Shown: in pieces, positions 39,791-51,411 of the stretch
How positions within the stretch are numbered: the first letter of the stretch is position 1
Layout of the letters: each line of letters begins with the position of its first letter
From: Octopus bimaculoides
Lineage: Eukaryota
Reading direction: 5' to 3'
Length of the DNA stretch: 64,000 nucleotides
Assembly (NCBI RefSeq): GCF_001194135.2
Contig: NC_068994.1
Location: forward strand, 43,586,768 to 43,650,767
Made by a program: the position numbers and the translations under genes
The notes under the pieces: generated by a model
Databases searched by the model: none
What the model saw: the letters and a program-made list of their open reading frames with translations, nothing else
Told to the model about the DNA's origin: nothing

Positions 39791-41073
39791 CTGAGGTAAA
39801 TTAGTCTGCTGTAGATTTGGAATAAATCCCTCAAAAATACAGAATGATCATGACTGGAATGCCTTTGATCATGTTTGTATGATGAAGACAGACATGGAAT
39901 TAAACTTTCTTTAATCTTTATGAAATGAAATATATTTATAAATTCCTTACAACAGCATATAGAGAAGATATGACAATGCTTTTGATGGATTGACAATTTC
40001 CCTAAAGAGATTACTGAGGGAAGTTTCATGTTGTAATAATGAACAGACATGGTCAGTAATTTATTCAGTTCAAATATTTTCTTCACCAGACCACGTATCT
40101 CACCAGTTAGAAGAATACTGCTCTTGAATCTGCTTGTTTCTAGCTGTTTAGAGTGGCCTCTGTTCAAGAATTTGCCTTATTCACCACAGTAGGCCAGCAA
40201 GTTAGCAAGGATGTTATATTAGGTAAAAGGCATTTTGGCACAGCTGTTTTGGCATCACCGATTCATTTCCCAACAGACGTTTTAATGTTTCATTTCCTTT
40301 CTCTTTGTGAGCATCAAATTATGAATGTGTAATGTCTTTCTCTCTCACTCTATCGGTAAGTGCATATTTCTACATGTGTGCATGTTTTTCCCCAACAAGT
40401 GAAATGTCCAGTCAGCCATGCCAATCATCAGCATCTAGTCTCATTCCAATTTTAGGCACCCAGGCAGAATTTGATTCAGAACACAGCCAGCTGGAACAAA
40501 TACCATAAAGCACCCAATCTGTCAATCCAACAACCTGGATTGACACTTCTTTCTTTTATCAATGTTGAAAGATAAAGCTGACCCTGCTGGGATTTGATCT
40601 CAGAACTCAAAGAATCACAACATATACTGCAAGACAGTTTGTCAGATATTCTAATGACCCTGCCTATGTCTAGATTTTTTACATTCAATATTTGGAATTT
40701 GCTTTTGAAATGAAAAGAAAACAATTCTCAACCAAAACAGCAAACAAATGTTACAAACCCTGCCCAAGATGGAGCAACTCCTGCCTCAAAGACAGCACTA
40801 CTTCTTCCTTATTTTGTCCGCCTTTATAATGTCTATCTTTAACATAATTCACAACAAATTATGTTCAGATTTAAGATACTTAAGCAATTTTATCTTGTAC
40901 TTGTTTCAGTCATGCTGGAGCACGACCTTGAAAGGTTTTAGTCAAATAGATCACCACCTATACTTATCTTATTGGTCTCTTTTGCCAAACTGCTGACTTA
41001 CAGGGATGTAAACAAACCAACACCAATTGTTAACCAGTGGAAAGGGGCCAACCATAGATATATATATATATTC

Positions 41074-41260
41074 GAAACGCTGGAGTTAAAACAGGGGTAG
41101 CTGATGAAGGAAAATGTTCTCTATGTGGCTTGTGTGTTTTCTGTACTCTGGTTATTATTATTCTCTTGTCTACGTTTTGTTTGCAATGTCCTGTACCCAG
41201 ATATGCACCTATATATACAGGTAGACGTAGGTATGCACATACCTGTACGTATATATGCAT
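41074..41260 (+). mobile_element. Interspersed repeat (Penelope-like-end candidate), copy 3, 5'-truncated
   Basis: Homologous to 8807-9080. Confidence 0.55.
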
Positions 41261-41581
41261 ATACTCATTTATTATTTGTTATATATATATATAGATATAT
41301 ATATATATATATATATATATGGGGAGCTATCATATAGTTTTCATCAACCACATTCATTAATAAAGCATTTGTAAGCCTGGAGCTATGGTAGATGAGACTT
41401 ACGCAAAGTGCCACACAGTGGGATTGAACCAAAAGCCATGTGGTTGCAATGTAACCTTCATAACCACACAGCTATGGCTGTGCCTGTAATTATTTTGGTC
41501 AATTTTTCTTAAGCACATGTTTAACAAAAATTATGATGTGAAAATTGCACAATTGGCTACAAAAATATAAAAGCAAATATA

Positions 41582-41877
41582 TTAGACTTTATACAAATGT
41601 TTGATACAGTAAATTAGGGCAGCGAATTTATCATTATTCTTAAAGTGAGATCTCCACATAAATTCTGTTAAATGAGAATAAAATAAAGCTTTGTTATTAA
41701 TTGAATGTCTTCGTCGCAGCTGTTGCCTGAATCTGAGCCACATTTTGTTGATATTTTGAATGTGGATTTCTGGATCATTTGGGTTTTCATAGTCTATATA
41801 TTCATGAGTATATATGCCTTGTTCAAACTGTTCAATTTGAAGATATTCAGCCCATATATCTGATACGATATGAGTGC
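41582..41877 (-). CDS. Gene B exon 2 (Merlin/IS1595-derived protein, 328 aa in total)
   Basis: Acceptor ttcattacAG. Translates (G)THIVSDIWAEYLQIEQFEQGIYTHEYIDYENPNDPEIHIQNINKMWLRFRQQLRRRHSINNKALFYSHLTEFMWRSHFKNNDKFAALIYCIKHLYKV*. Confidence 0.92.
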
Positions 41878-43112
41878 CTGTAATGAAAGTAATGAAGAGT
41901 TATTTATAAAAGATTTATACATTTTCCAAAGTTAAAAATCAAGTGAAACAGAGATTTAACATAGCAAAACTAAATCACAGACTTCACTCACCAAAAATAT
42001 ATTGCTGCATCAGAGTAATTTCAAAACTAAAATAATATAGTTACCACCTATATGTTAAGTAGTCTGTCTTGAAAGAAGGTATATCCAAGTGTGAATGACT
42101 ACAAAGTCACATACTGTATTATATTATATTAGTGAACCTGCCTTTATTCTTTACTGGTAATTTTCACTCACTCCCTCCACGATCAATGGCAATAGCACCT
42201 TATTAATTTAAGTGTATGTTTCTTTATTGTGGTATAGCAGTGAACAGAAATGTTAAACCATTTCTTCTTCAAAGTTAATTTACAGATTCTGCATTAAGAT
42301 CTTACAATCCTGTTTTATGTGTTAGATTTTCCATGTTTAACATATTTAACCCCAAGAAGCTCAATTACTTCATGTAATACACTGCCTTTTGTCATACGCT
42401 TCACTGTTTAATGAGTCTAAATTGACATGTACGACATTATGTAAAAGAAAAAAAAAAAAGATGAACTGGCTGTCCAAGCATACAGGCATGTCTTCTATAT
42501 ACCCTCACTTTCAAGTGAACCTAATCATGCAGGCTCTTGGGTGCTGGTGCTACATAAAAGCACCTGTGTTGGTGTCACATAATAGTGCCTGTGTTGGTGC
42601 CATGCAAAAGCGCCCATGCTGGTATCCTGTAAAAGAACACATGCCAGTGTTATGTAAAAGCATCCAGCACACTTTGAAAAGTGGTTGATGTTAGGAAGGG
42701 CATCCAGCTGTAGAAACCACGCCAAATCAGACTGGACAACAGACATTAAATGATGATGACACATGGTTACAAATCAAAATTCAAAATTGTCTTAAATTTC
42801 ATTGGGCTAAGCTTGTCATTCGGTAGATTAGTACTTCTCAAACTATCTGATGTGGCATACTGGCAGTTTCTTTTGGTATTTTTCAATGTGCCAGGGACCG
42901 GTAATATTAATTTATACCAGAAACAATATATATAATGAATATAATAAAAAGTTGACAATTTTTTAAAATCTTATTTTGTAAACAAATAATACAATATTAC
43001 ATAAGCATTTTATAATGTTTCTTTCTTTTCAATACTATCAGGTTACAATTGATTAGCTATCATTCCTTATCAACTGTAGTATTGCCATTTAATTAATTCT
43101 CAATCTCTAGAG

Positions 43113-43405
43113 CATTGGTTCTTTACCATCTTTTACTTATGGAGCCCTGTGATTACTATTTTACTCTGGGAGACCCCCAATAGCCATTCAATGTTTAAAA
43201 ACTAGTTTTATAGATTCTGCTTTCAAAATTCCTATTTTGCTTTTCCCCCAAAAAAAGTTTTTGCTGTTTCTTGCAATAAATGCATCTAAAACAAAATTTT
43301 TTTCATGGATCCTTAATATACTACACTGGGTTCCCATTTTACTATTTTGCTTGCATGGACCCCCAAAAATCTTATATGGCCCTCCAGAGCTTATATGGAC
43401 CACAG
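43113..43405. mobile_element. hAT (Charlie-like) MITE with 8-bp TSD CTCTAGAG
   Basis: CTCTAGAG at 43105-43112 and 43406-43413. Degenerate termini CATTGGTTC / CTGTGGTCC. NTCTAGAN is the known Charlie-type target preference. Confidence 0.7.
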
Positions 43406-44516
43406 CTCTAGAGCCCTAGTGCTGATAGAGCTTACGTTTATATATTAGTTTATTAAAAGATACAGGTGTCAAAGCTATTTACAAAACCTAATACTTTTAT
43501 ATTCATACTGATTTTTTTGTTACAGTCTTCTGACAGGTTTTGCATTATAAGATGTGGGGATCAACGTTGCAAGGCCAGGTTGACACAATCAATCATTTTA
43601 TTAACAACCAGATGTTGCAACTAAAGTCAGCTGTTGAGAGATTTCTGATCATAACAGAAACACAAAAATTAAACCGAATTCGTTTTTGTTTCGAATTAGA
43701 TAAAAACCATGAATGGGAAACTGTTGTAAAATAGGTCCAGATCGTCAAATAAAACGATAGCTACATCCAACAAATCTAAAGTGGTCCAATTACTGACCAG
43801 GGGTTATAAGTAAGTATCGGTGAAGCTGTTTTTTTTATTTTTTAATAGACTGTTTAATGACCTAAAAATAAACAATTTAAGGAGGTAAATCAATTACATC
43901 GACCCCTCCCACCCCCAGTATCCAACCGCCACTTAGTCTTTCGTCCTTTTGGGGTTGATAAAATAAGTCGACATTGGCGGCATTTAAACACAGAACATAG
44001 AGGGCAGGCGACATACTGTTAAGCATTTTGCCCGGCGTGCTAACGATTCAGTTAGTTCGAGGCACACTTGTGTAGGTATGCCTATTAATAAATGAATAAA
44101 TAAAATATGGAGAAGTTTCAGATAATTTTCTTTTCACATATCGAACTTATTTCCTCAAAACTATTTTTTATCCCTAAATCTTATCAACATAAGCATACTT
44201 TTTCCCCACGGGAAACATATGTATGTCGAATTACATTTAAAATTATGCATTTTATGAAGAAACAAAGTTGGATGAAAGGAGAGGTACTATTCAAGGAGAA
44301 TTATCCGAAACACCTCCAAAAATGTTTCTAAATTATATTAATACAATTGTGGTATACATCTTCAAAAATCCAATACTAAATTTAATTTTAAAAGATGCAT
44401 TTTTCAAAACATTAAAAAGGAAACAAAATCGGAAGGAGTTGCACCAAACTGTGCAGTTACACCTAATTTGGAAAACCGCACAAATCGAAGAAAATCGTAG
44501 ATTTTATTACTCATAC

Positions 44517-45207
44517 CTGGTAAAATCCATCGGATAATTGCAGCTTCGAATGCGTCTTTATTTTCATGCTCAAGGGGTACAAGGAAACATTTGTCAGTGC
44601 CACGTTCAATTCCACCAAAAACACGAAATCCTTTCAAATGCCTTTTATTAGATTTAGATCTGGAAAATGTAGTTATATCTATTTCAACGACTTTTGGTTC
44701 ACCTGTCTGTAAATCTAAGCCGCCTATTTCAGGTGAGTCATTTAATTCAGTGGGGTGGTCTTCCAGAAATCGTTCTAGTAGTTCCCGGATGAGCCTAAAC
44801 AGGTCAATACTTGATGTTGTACAGATATCTGTTTCAAAGGTGATTTCATTATGTAGATAATTTCTTGACCACATATACATAAACCATAGAAACGTTGTCA
44901 ACGAGAGATGACTATTTTCAAAAAACGATCCTTTGCGTACCGATCGAACGAAGTTATGCTTTCGACAGCTCCATCGTTTTCCATCGCCACCACTGTTGCG
45001 AGTGACAAATGAACAAGGGTTACTACAAGTGGGACACAGAAAAGAATTGCTTATAAGCTTGTATTTCGCTAACCACATCATTGCTGTATCTTTCGTGGAA
45101 GTCTGTTGAAAAAGATCAGAAAATGTCCAAGTCTCTTGCGTAATTTCTTCATCCTCAATGATATCTGTACTTATCATTTTCCGGCTAGGTTGTTTAGCGC
45201 GAGACAT
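44517..45207 (-). CDS. Gene B exon 1 (Merlin/IS1595-derived protein)
   Basis: ATG at 45207 (MSRAKQ...), 691 nt, the same length as in A and C. Donor CCAG|GTATGA. Confidence 0.95.
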
Positions 45208-45252
45208 TATGATACAAACCAAACAACGAAAAGAATAAGGAAATTTCACTAC

Positions 45253-45292
45253 ATGCGAAATCAAATGCTTAAAGGGAATGTCAGTTTCGTAT
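45253..45292. promoter_or_regulatory. Conserved inverted repeat upstream of gene B (ATGCGAAATC-N20-AGTTTCGTAT; one arm degenerate)
   Basis: Positional and sequence match to the A and C motifs. Confidence 0.45.
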
Positions 45293-45863
45293 CAACTATT
45301 TTGTATGACAAATGAGTTAATTGCTCTCAGACACACAAAATAATTAATATAAAATTCTTCTTTAGAAATATAGGACTTAATTCTAAAAGTAACTTACTTA
45401 AAGCATTGCCTTTTCGTTATAGAAAGGAAAGAAGCAGTTTAATCTTTTTTTTTTCTGTTTTTAATGCTGGTAAACTTAGATTTTTAAATGACAGCCTCGG
45501 TGTGAAATGTAAACAAATATGTTGCATTTCAGATCCGAAATAGGTGGAGTCTTGATTAAAGCACAACGTTGTTGCTTCACTTTTGTCAATAATTTTCTCG
45601 CATTTTTTATATGGTGCTCTATCGCCTCGCCGAATTATGTTTTCAGTATGAAAAATCATGCAAAAAAAAACAAAAAAAAAATTCACAATATTTTGGTGAA
45701 TTTTTCAGCGGAAATTTTTAATAAATGATTGCAAACCTCATGGGGGAAGATAACTGACAAGTAATGTATCTTTCTTTTATTTATTTTCTTTTTGGCAAGA
45801 CTTCCTTTTGTACCCCACCCTCAAAACATCCCTTTATTATTATTTTTTTTTTTTCTTCTACAT

Positions 45864-46266
45864 AAACCCCCGTTTTCGGCTACGGAGAATACGAATCTGC
45901 AAAAGAAATGGGCAAAAATCGGCATTTTGAAATTACCCCCACCCCAATTTCTTCATTTTTAACTTTTTTCAGGAATTTTTTTCTTTATTTATTTATTTAT
46001 TTTTTCAAAATATGCGGAAAATTACGGAGATTATGGTTCTGAAAAGCATTTCCAAAAATTTTTGTAAAATTTTTTTTCAGAATTTTGTTTTTTCAANNNN
46101 NNNNNNNNNNNNNNNNNNNNNNNNNNNNNNNNNNNNNNNNNNNNNNNNNNNNNNNNNNNNNNNNNNNNNNNNNNNNNNNNNNNNNNNNNNNNNNNNNNNN
46201 NNNNNNNNNNNNNNNNNNNNNNNNNNNNNNNNNNNNNAATCTCCGTATCCGAAAACGGGGGGTTTT
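45864..46266. mobile_element. Inverted-repeat (MITE-like) element spanning a gap
   Basis: aaacccccgttttcggctacggaga and tctccgtatccgaaaacggggggttt are reverse complements. Confidence 0.6.
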
Positions 46267-47679
46267 TTGGAGAATAAAAAAATGGGGAGAAAATGGGGAG
46301 AGACGCGAGAAGTCTTTCCTTCTTTTTTACCCACACAGCGGAAATTACACCACCCAACAAAATTTCAACTTTCTACATTTTTCGTGCTCTCGTTTTTTTT
46401 TCTCCTTCAAGAAACAGTGATAACTCTTCCAGAACTACCGCATCCAAAACATCTGGTACTACCTAAATACAGGTGTTACGTGCACAACATTTTAAATATA
46501 CGTTATGTGGACGTGTAATGACACCCTAACCCTAAAACTACCCCCCCCCCTTCATATCGTTACGTAGATTCAGCAGTACCTCTGTATTTAAGTAGTGCCA
46601 AATATCCTCCTTTTACATTTTTCAAATTGTTTTCCGGCTTGTTTATTTATTCATTTTTGTATGTTTGAAAAGGTGGGGAGTATGATTCGAAAAACAAAGT
46701 TGGTGATCTTTCGCACCTAAGAAAGCACTTTCAGAAATTGCAAAAGTTATGAATGATTCAAGGTCTCTGCGAAACAGGAGATAAACTACAGCAACTCCTT
46801 TCATTTTGTGTATGTGTGTGCATGGTACCAATTGTAAAAGCTTCTTTGTGACTGAGTATACAAATTATAAAAGTATCTTGTATGTGTGTGTGTCAGCATG
46901 CATGCTCAGTGTCTTTCCTGGCTTCTTAAGTATGACTATATGATTTCAAGACTCTATTTACAGTACTATTCCACCACATTTTCAGCTTGGGTTGGACTGG
47001 AACCTTGCACCACCCACAGGCTTCGTCTGTAGCCTGCAACAGATTGTTATCTAATAACTTCCAGATTTTTTGTGCTGAAAGTCTCTACCTTGTCTTCCTT
47101 TCTGACATAAGCATCAGCTAGAATCTTTCAGAATCTAGCTGGAGGCTCTTTTATCTTCCATGTCATCTTTCTCCAAATTGTACCCTGTCTCTGAGTCTAT
47201 CAAACTCATACTCTAAAGTAACTAATCACTACTCTATGCCAGTGCTTTCTTCACTAGGGAAACACTTAGCCTTTACAAGCATCTACCTGTCTTGTTTGCC
47301 TAACATTTAGATGATAAGGTGGCTGGTCAACTTCTTGAATTTCTGTTGTAAATGGTTGTGTCATTTGCACCATATAACTTGACTTTTGATCACAAAACTA
47401 TAAGCCATCATAATATTGTTTCATTATTTTAAATATTTTTTATATAATAAGCTAGACAACAATTGAGGTTATTGAAAAATTCATATTTAGGTAACTTATA
47501 TTGTTAGAAACAATGCCAAATATTTAGCATAACTCAGCAGATGTAAATTTCAGGGTATTCCATTATTCAGGTGAGAACACCTCTGTACACAATGTGTTTT
47601 GTAACATGACTTAACAGTTGGACAAAAATTATGAGAGAAAAAGAACTAAATTAAGTACAAAAATATAAAATCAAATTTA

Positions 47680-47975
47680 TTAGACTTTATACAAATGTTT
47701 GATACAATAAATGAGAGCAGCAAATTTATCATTATTCTTAAAATGAGATCTCCACATAAATTCTGTTAAATATGAGTGAAATAAAGCTTTATTATTTATC
47801 GAATGTTTACGTTGCAATTGTTGTTTAACTCTCTGCCACATCCCGTCAATAGTTTTGGTGTGGATTTCTGGATCATTTGGGTTTTCATAGTCTATATATT
47901 CATGAGTGTATATGCCTTGTTCGATCTGGTCAATTTGAAGATATTCAGCCCATATATCTGATATAATATGAGTGC
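47680..47975 (-). CDS. Gene C exon 2 (Merlin/IS1595-derived protein, 328 aa in total)
   Basis: Acceptor cttcattacAG. Translates (G)THIISDIWAEYLQIDQIEQGIYTHEYIDYENPNDPEIHTKTIDGMWQRVKQQLQRKHSINNKALFHSYLTEFMWRSHFKNNDKFAALIYCIKHLYKV*. Confidence 0.92.
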
Positions 47976-48149
47976 CTGTAATGAAGATAACATTTTATAC
48001 AGAAATGAAGATGTATTTGTAGAACTAAAATGAGGTGTTTCATTAATACATTTTCCAAAGGACAAAATGAACAAAAAGTTCTAATCAACAAGCAAAACCA
48101 AATGACAGTCTTTGCTCCCCAAAATTATATTGCTGTATCTTAATGACTG

Positions 48150-48312
48150 AGTGGCTATGTGGTAAGTAGCTTGCTTACCAACCACATGGTTCCGGGTTCA
48201 GTTCCACTGTGTGGCACCTTGGGCAAATGTCTTCTACTATAGCCTTGGGCCGACCAAAGCCTTGTGAGTGGATTTGGTAGACGGAAACTGAAAGAAGCCT
48301 GTCGTATATATG

Positions 48313-48345
<33 letters not shown>

Positions 48346-48540
48346 TTGTGTTTGTCCTCCTAGCATTGCTTGACAACCGATGCTGGTGTGTTTATGTCCC
48401 CGTCACTTAGCGGTTCGGCAAAAAGAAACCGATAGAATAAGTACTAGGCTTACAAAGAATAAGTCCTGGGGTCGATTTGCTCGACTAAAGGCGGTGTTCC
48501 AGCATGGCCGCAGTCAACTGACTGAAACAAGTAAAAGAGT
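48150..48540 (+). mobile_element. Near full-length tRNA-derived SINE (TGGCTATGTGGTAAG family) in the gene C intron
   Basis: Multi-copy in this window. Confidence 0.9.
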
Positions 48541-50113
48541 AATCTATTATTATTGTCCGTCAGACACAATTTCTCTTACCCCCAATCACTCTGTTTTCAT
48601 TATACTCTCGCTCCATTCCCCCACTCATTCTAGTTCTGTCATTGCTTTGTTTTTTTACTTCAACCACATCAGCTCACATGAACATATGTCTAAGAGTAGT
48701 GAGGACTCTTTTTTTTTTTCTCACACTGTACCAGGCAACTCCACTCATGCTGGTGCTACAACAAAATGCACACCCAGTATATTCCAAAATGTGGTTGGTG
48801 AACAAGCAGAGAAAATATAGATTCAGGGGGATACTTTAGTCTTATATTGTCTAGGACATTATAAGACTAAGGGGTGCTCTGATAAAAATGCACCCAGTAC
48901 ACTAAAGTTGTTTGTGGTAGGAAGGGAGCACATTCAGCTGTAGAAAGAAACCAAGCCAAAAATGTATCATACATGGTAACTCCAACCAAGCTATGAGGGC
49001 AGTAATTTCCAATAATAAAAAAAAACTGACTACGATCATGACAACTTCTCCAACCCATATCAGCATGTAAAGTGAACATAAATGATGATGATCATGCGTA
49101 TGAAGATGATAATAAGCAACAATCCATCTTGAAGAAAACACAACTAAGCAGAGGATGAATACATTGTGAACATAATAAAACAATTTTTTTTAAAGAGAAT
49201 GACACCATAAATGCTCTATAAGTGTAAGTGAATGTACCAATATATTTTACAGACAAAATTCACTTACCTCTTCAGAACACAAGTCAACATCAGAGCAGTG
49301 TACATAAATAAATGTTTTCTTATTTCTTCTTCAAAGTTGATTCTGCATTAGGATTTTAAAATCTCGTTAGGTGTGTTAGAGTTACTTCCTCTTCGGTACT
49401 CAACTACCTTATAAATGAAATTTGGTGTATTACTCATATTGCTGAAGCGTCTAATTAACTCTCAAGTGTTTTCAGTTGAAATTAGAAGTGTGTGTTTTTA
49501 AGTAGATATTTATATTAACATCCTGTCTATGACATGTTTACACATGTATTTGTTGTTTCATTGCAATAGATATAACATACGAACAAATTCACTCGTGATT
49601 TCTATCCTAACTATATCAATAAATTACGCGCTTCTTTAGAAGCACACCTCTCCGAGTAAATGACACCTAATTTCTAATAAAAAAGTTATGGAAATGGGAA
49701 ATATATTCAATCGCAGACGATATTGTCTGGCTCATTGTATCATCAATATCTGACTGGTAAAACTAAGTTCAAACATGTTTGTTTATATTCGCGAGTAACC
49801 GTTTTCCGTATTTTATTTTTTAGTATAAAATATTTAAAAAATAGATGAGTCTTCCTAATTTTTTGCATGCTTCATTTATTTTGGATATATTTCCCATTTT
49901 CGTTACTTTTCTTTAACAAGTAAGCGTCATTTTCTTGGAGAGGTGCGCTTTTAAAGAAGCCCCATAAATTATTAGTGCGATAGGAAAAAAAGAAAAAACA
50001 AATTAGCCAAGGATTGTGACCTTTGAATATAAGGCTCTGCTATCCTCGCAAATTTTATTTTTATTGTAGTTGTTCATTGATACAAGGCTGTAAATATTAT
50101 TAAACTATTCATT

Positions 50114-50325
50114 AAGGTGGCGAGCCGGAAGAATCGTTAGCACGCCGGGCGAAATGCTTAGCGGTATTTCGCCTGCCGCTACGTTCTGAGTTCTAATTCC
50201 ACCGAGGTCGATTTTGCCGTTCATCCTTTCAAGGTCGATAACATAAGTACCACCTGAACACTGGATCAATGTAATCGACTCGTCCCACCTCCCCCAAGCT
50301 GCCCTTGTGGCAAAAATTTGAAATA
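50114..50325 (+). mobile_element. SINE with 18-bp TSD ATTATTAAACTATTCATT
   Basis: TSD at 50096-50113 and 50326-50343. Confidence 0.9.
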
Positions 50326-50647
50326 ATTATTAAACTATTCATTTTAAGTGTTGTTAAATATCAACCGTTGTTTAGTCCTAGGTCGCTGGCCGTCAAAAGA
50401 AATTGTAGAAGCAGCGGTTTGACAAGAGCTCCCTTTATCCAAGAATCGCCAACAGGAGGAACGAAAGAAAAGTAAAGGCAAAGCTGAATTTTAGAAATAG
50501 TATATCGAAACGAAGACCGCACAAACCAAAGGAAGGCGAAGGTAAAAAATACGCACACCCGGTGGTTAAGGATAGGGTTACGCCGAAAATGGGCGGTGTG
50601 CGTATTCTTAACCTGCGCTTCAAAGGAAACTGTTGATTTTATCATAC

Positions 50648-51338
50648 CTGGTAAAATCCATCGGATAATTGCAGCTTCGAAAGCTTCTTTATTTTCATGC
50701 TCAATAGGTACCAAGAAACATCTGTCAGTGCCACGTTCAATTCCACCAAAAACACAGAATCCTTTCAAATGTTTCTTGTTCGGTTTACATCTGCGAAATG
50801 TGGTTACATCAATTTCAACAACTCTTGGTTCACCTGTCTGTAAATCGAAGCCGCCAATTTCAGGTGGGTCATCTAATTCTGTGGGATGGTCTTCCAGAAA
50901 CCGCTCTAGTAGTTCTCGGATGAGCCGAAATAGATCAATAGTTGACTTTGTACAAACATTCGTCTCATGAGTAATTTCATTATGTAGATAATCTCTTGAC
51001 CACATATACATAAGCCATAAGAATGTTGCCAGCGAGAGATGACTATTCTCAAAAAAAGACCCTTTGCGGATCGATCGGACGAAGTTATGTTTTCGACATC
51101 TCCATCGTTTTCCATCGATAATATCTTTCTGGTTTACAAATGTACATGGGCTGTTACAAATGAGACACATAAAAGAATTGCTTATGAGCTTATATTTTGC
51201 TAACCATGTAACTACTATATCATTTGTGGAAGTTTGTTGAAAAAGATCAGAAAATGTCCAAGACTCTTGCCTAATGTTTTCGTCGTCAACGATGTCAGTA
51301 CATATCATTTTTCGACTTCGTCGTTTACCGCGTGACAT
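50648..51338 (-). CDS. Gene C exon 1 (Merlin/IS1595-derived protein)
   Basis: ATG at 51338 (MSRGKR...), 691 nt. Donor CCAG|GTATGA. Confidence 0.95.
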
Positions 51339-51367
51339 GGCAAAGAACGTAAACAATAATATTGGCT

Positions 51368-51411
51368 TTATACGAAACTAATTCTATGAAGAAATTAATA
51401 GTTTCGTATAA
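51368..51411. promoter_or_regulatory. Conserved inverted repeat TTATACGAAACTA-N18-TAGTTTCGTATAA upstream of gene C
   Basis: Perfect 13-bp arms. Confidence 0.55.

Noticed and set aside
35295-50647. ORF-track C-termini after WILPG (MINNIYGFL; MSNKIYDF...; MIKSTVSF...)
   Set aside because: Not conserved between paralogs. They begin exactly at a GTATGA donor, so they are intron read-through.
35401-50970. Three similar plus-strand ORFs (35401-35670, 44591-44860, 50596-50970)
   Set aside because: Antisense shadows of the conserved exon 1. Their similarity is explained by the minus-strand genes.
45208-51356. N-terminal extensions MISHVVK... (B) and MFTFFA (C)
   Set aside because: They start at TTG and are not conserved. 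The shared ATG (MSR) gives identical 691-nt exons.
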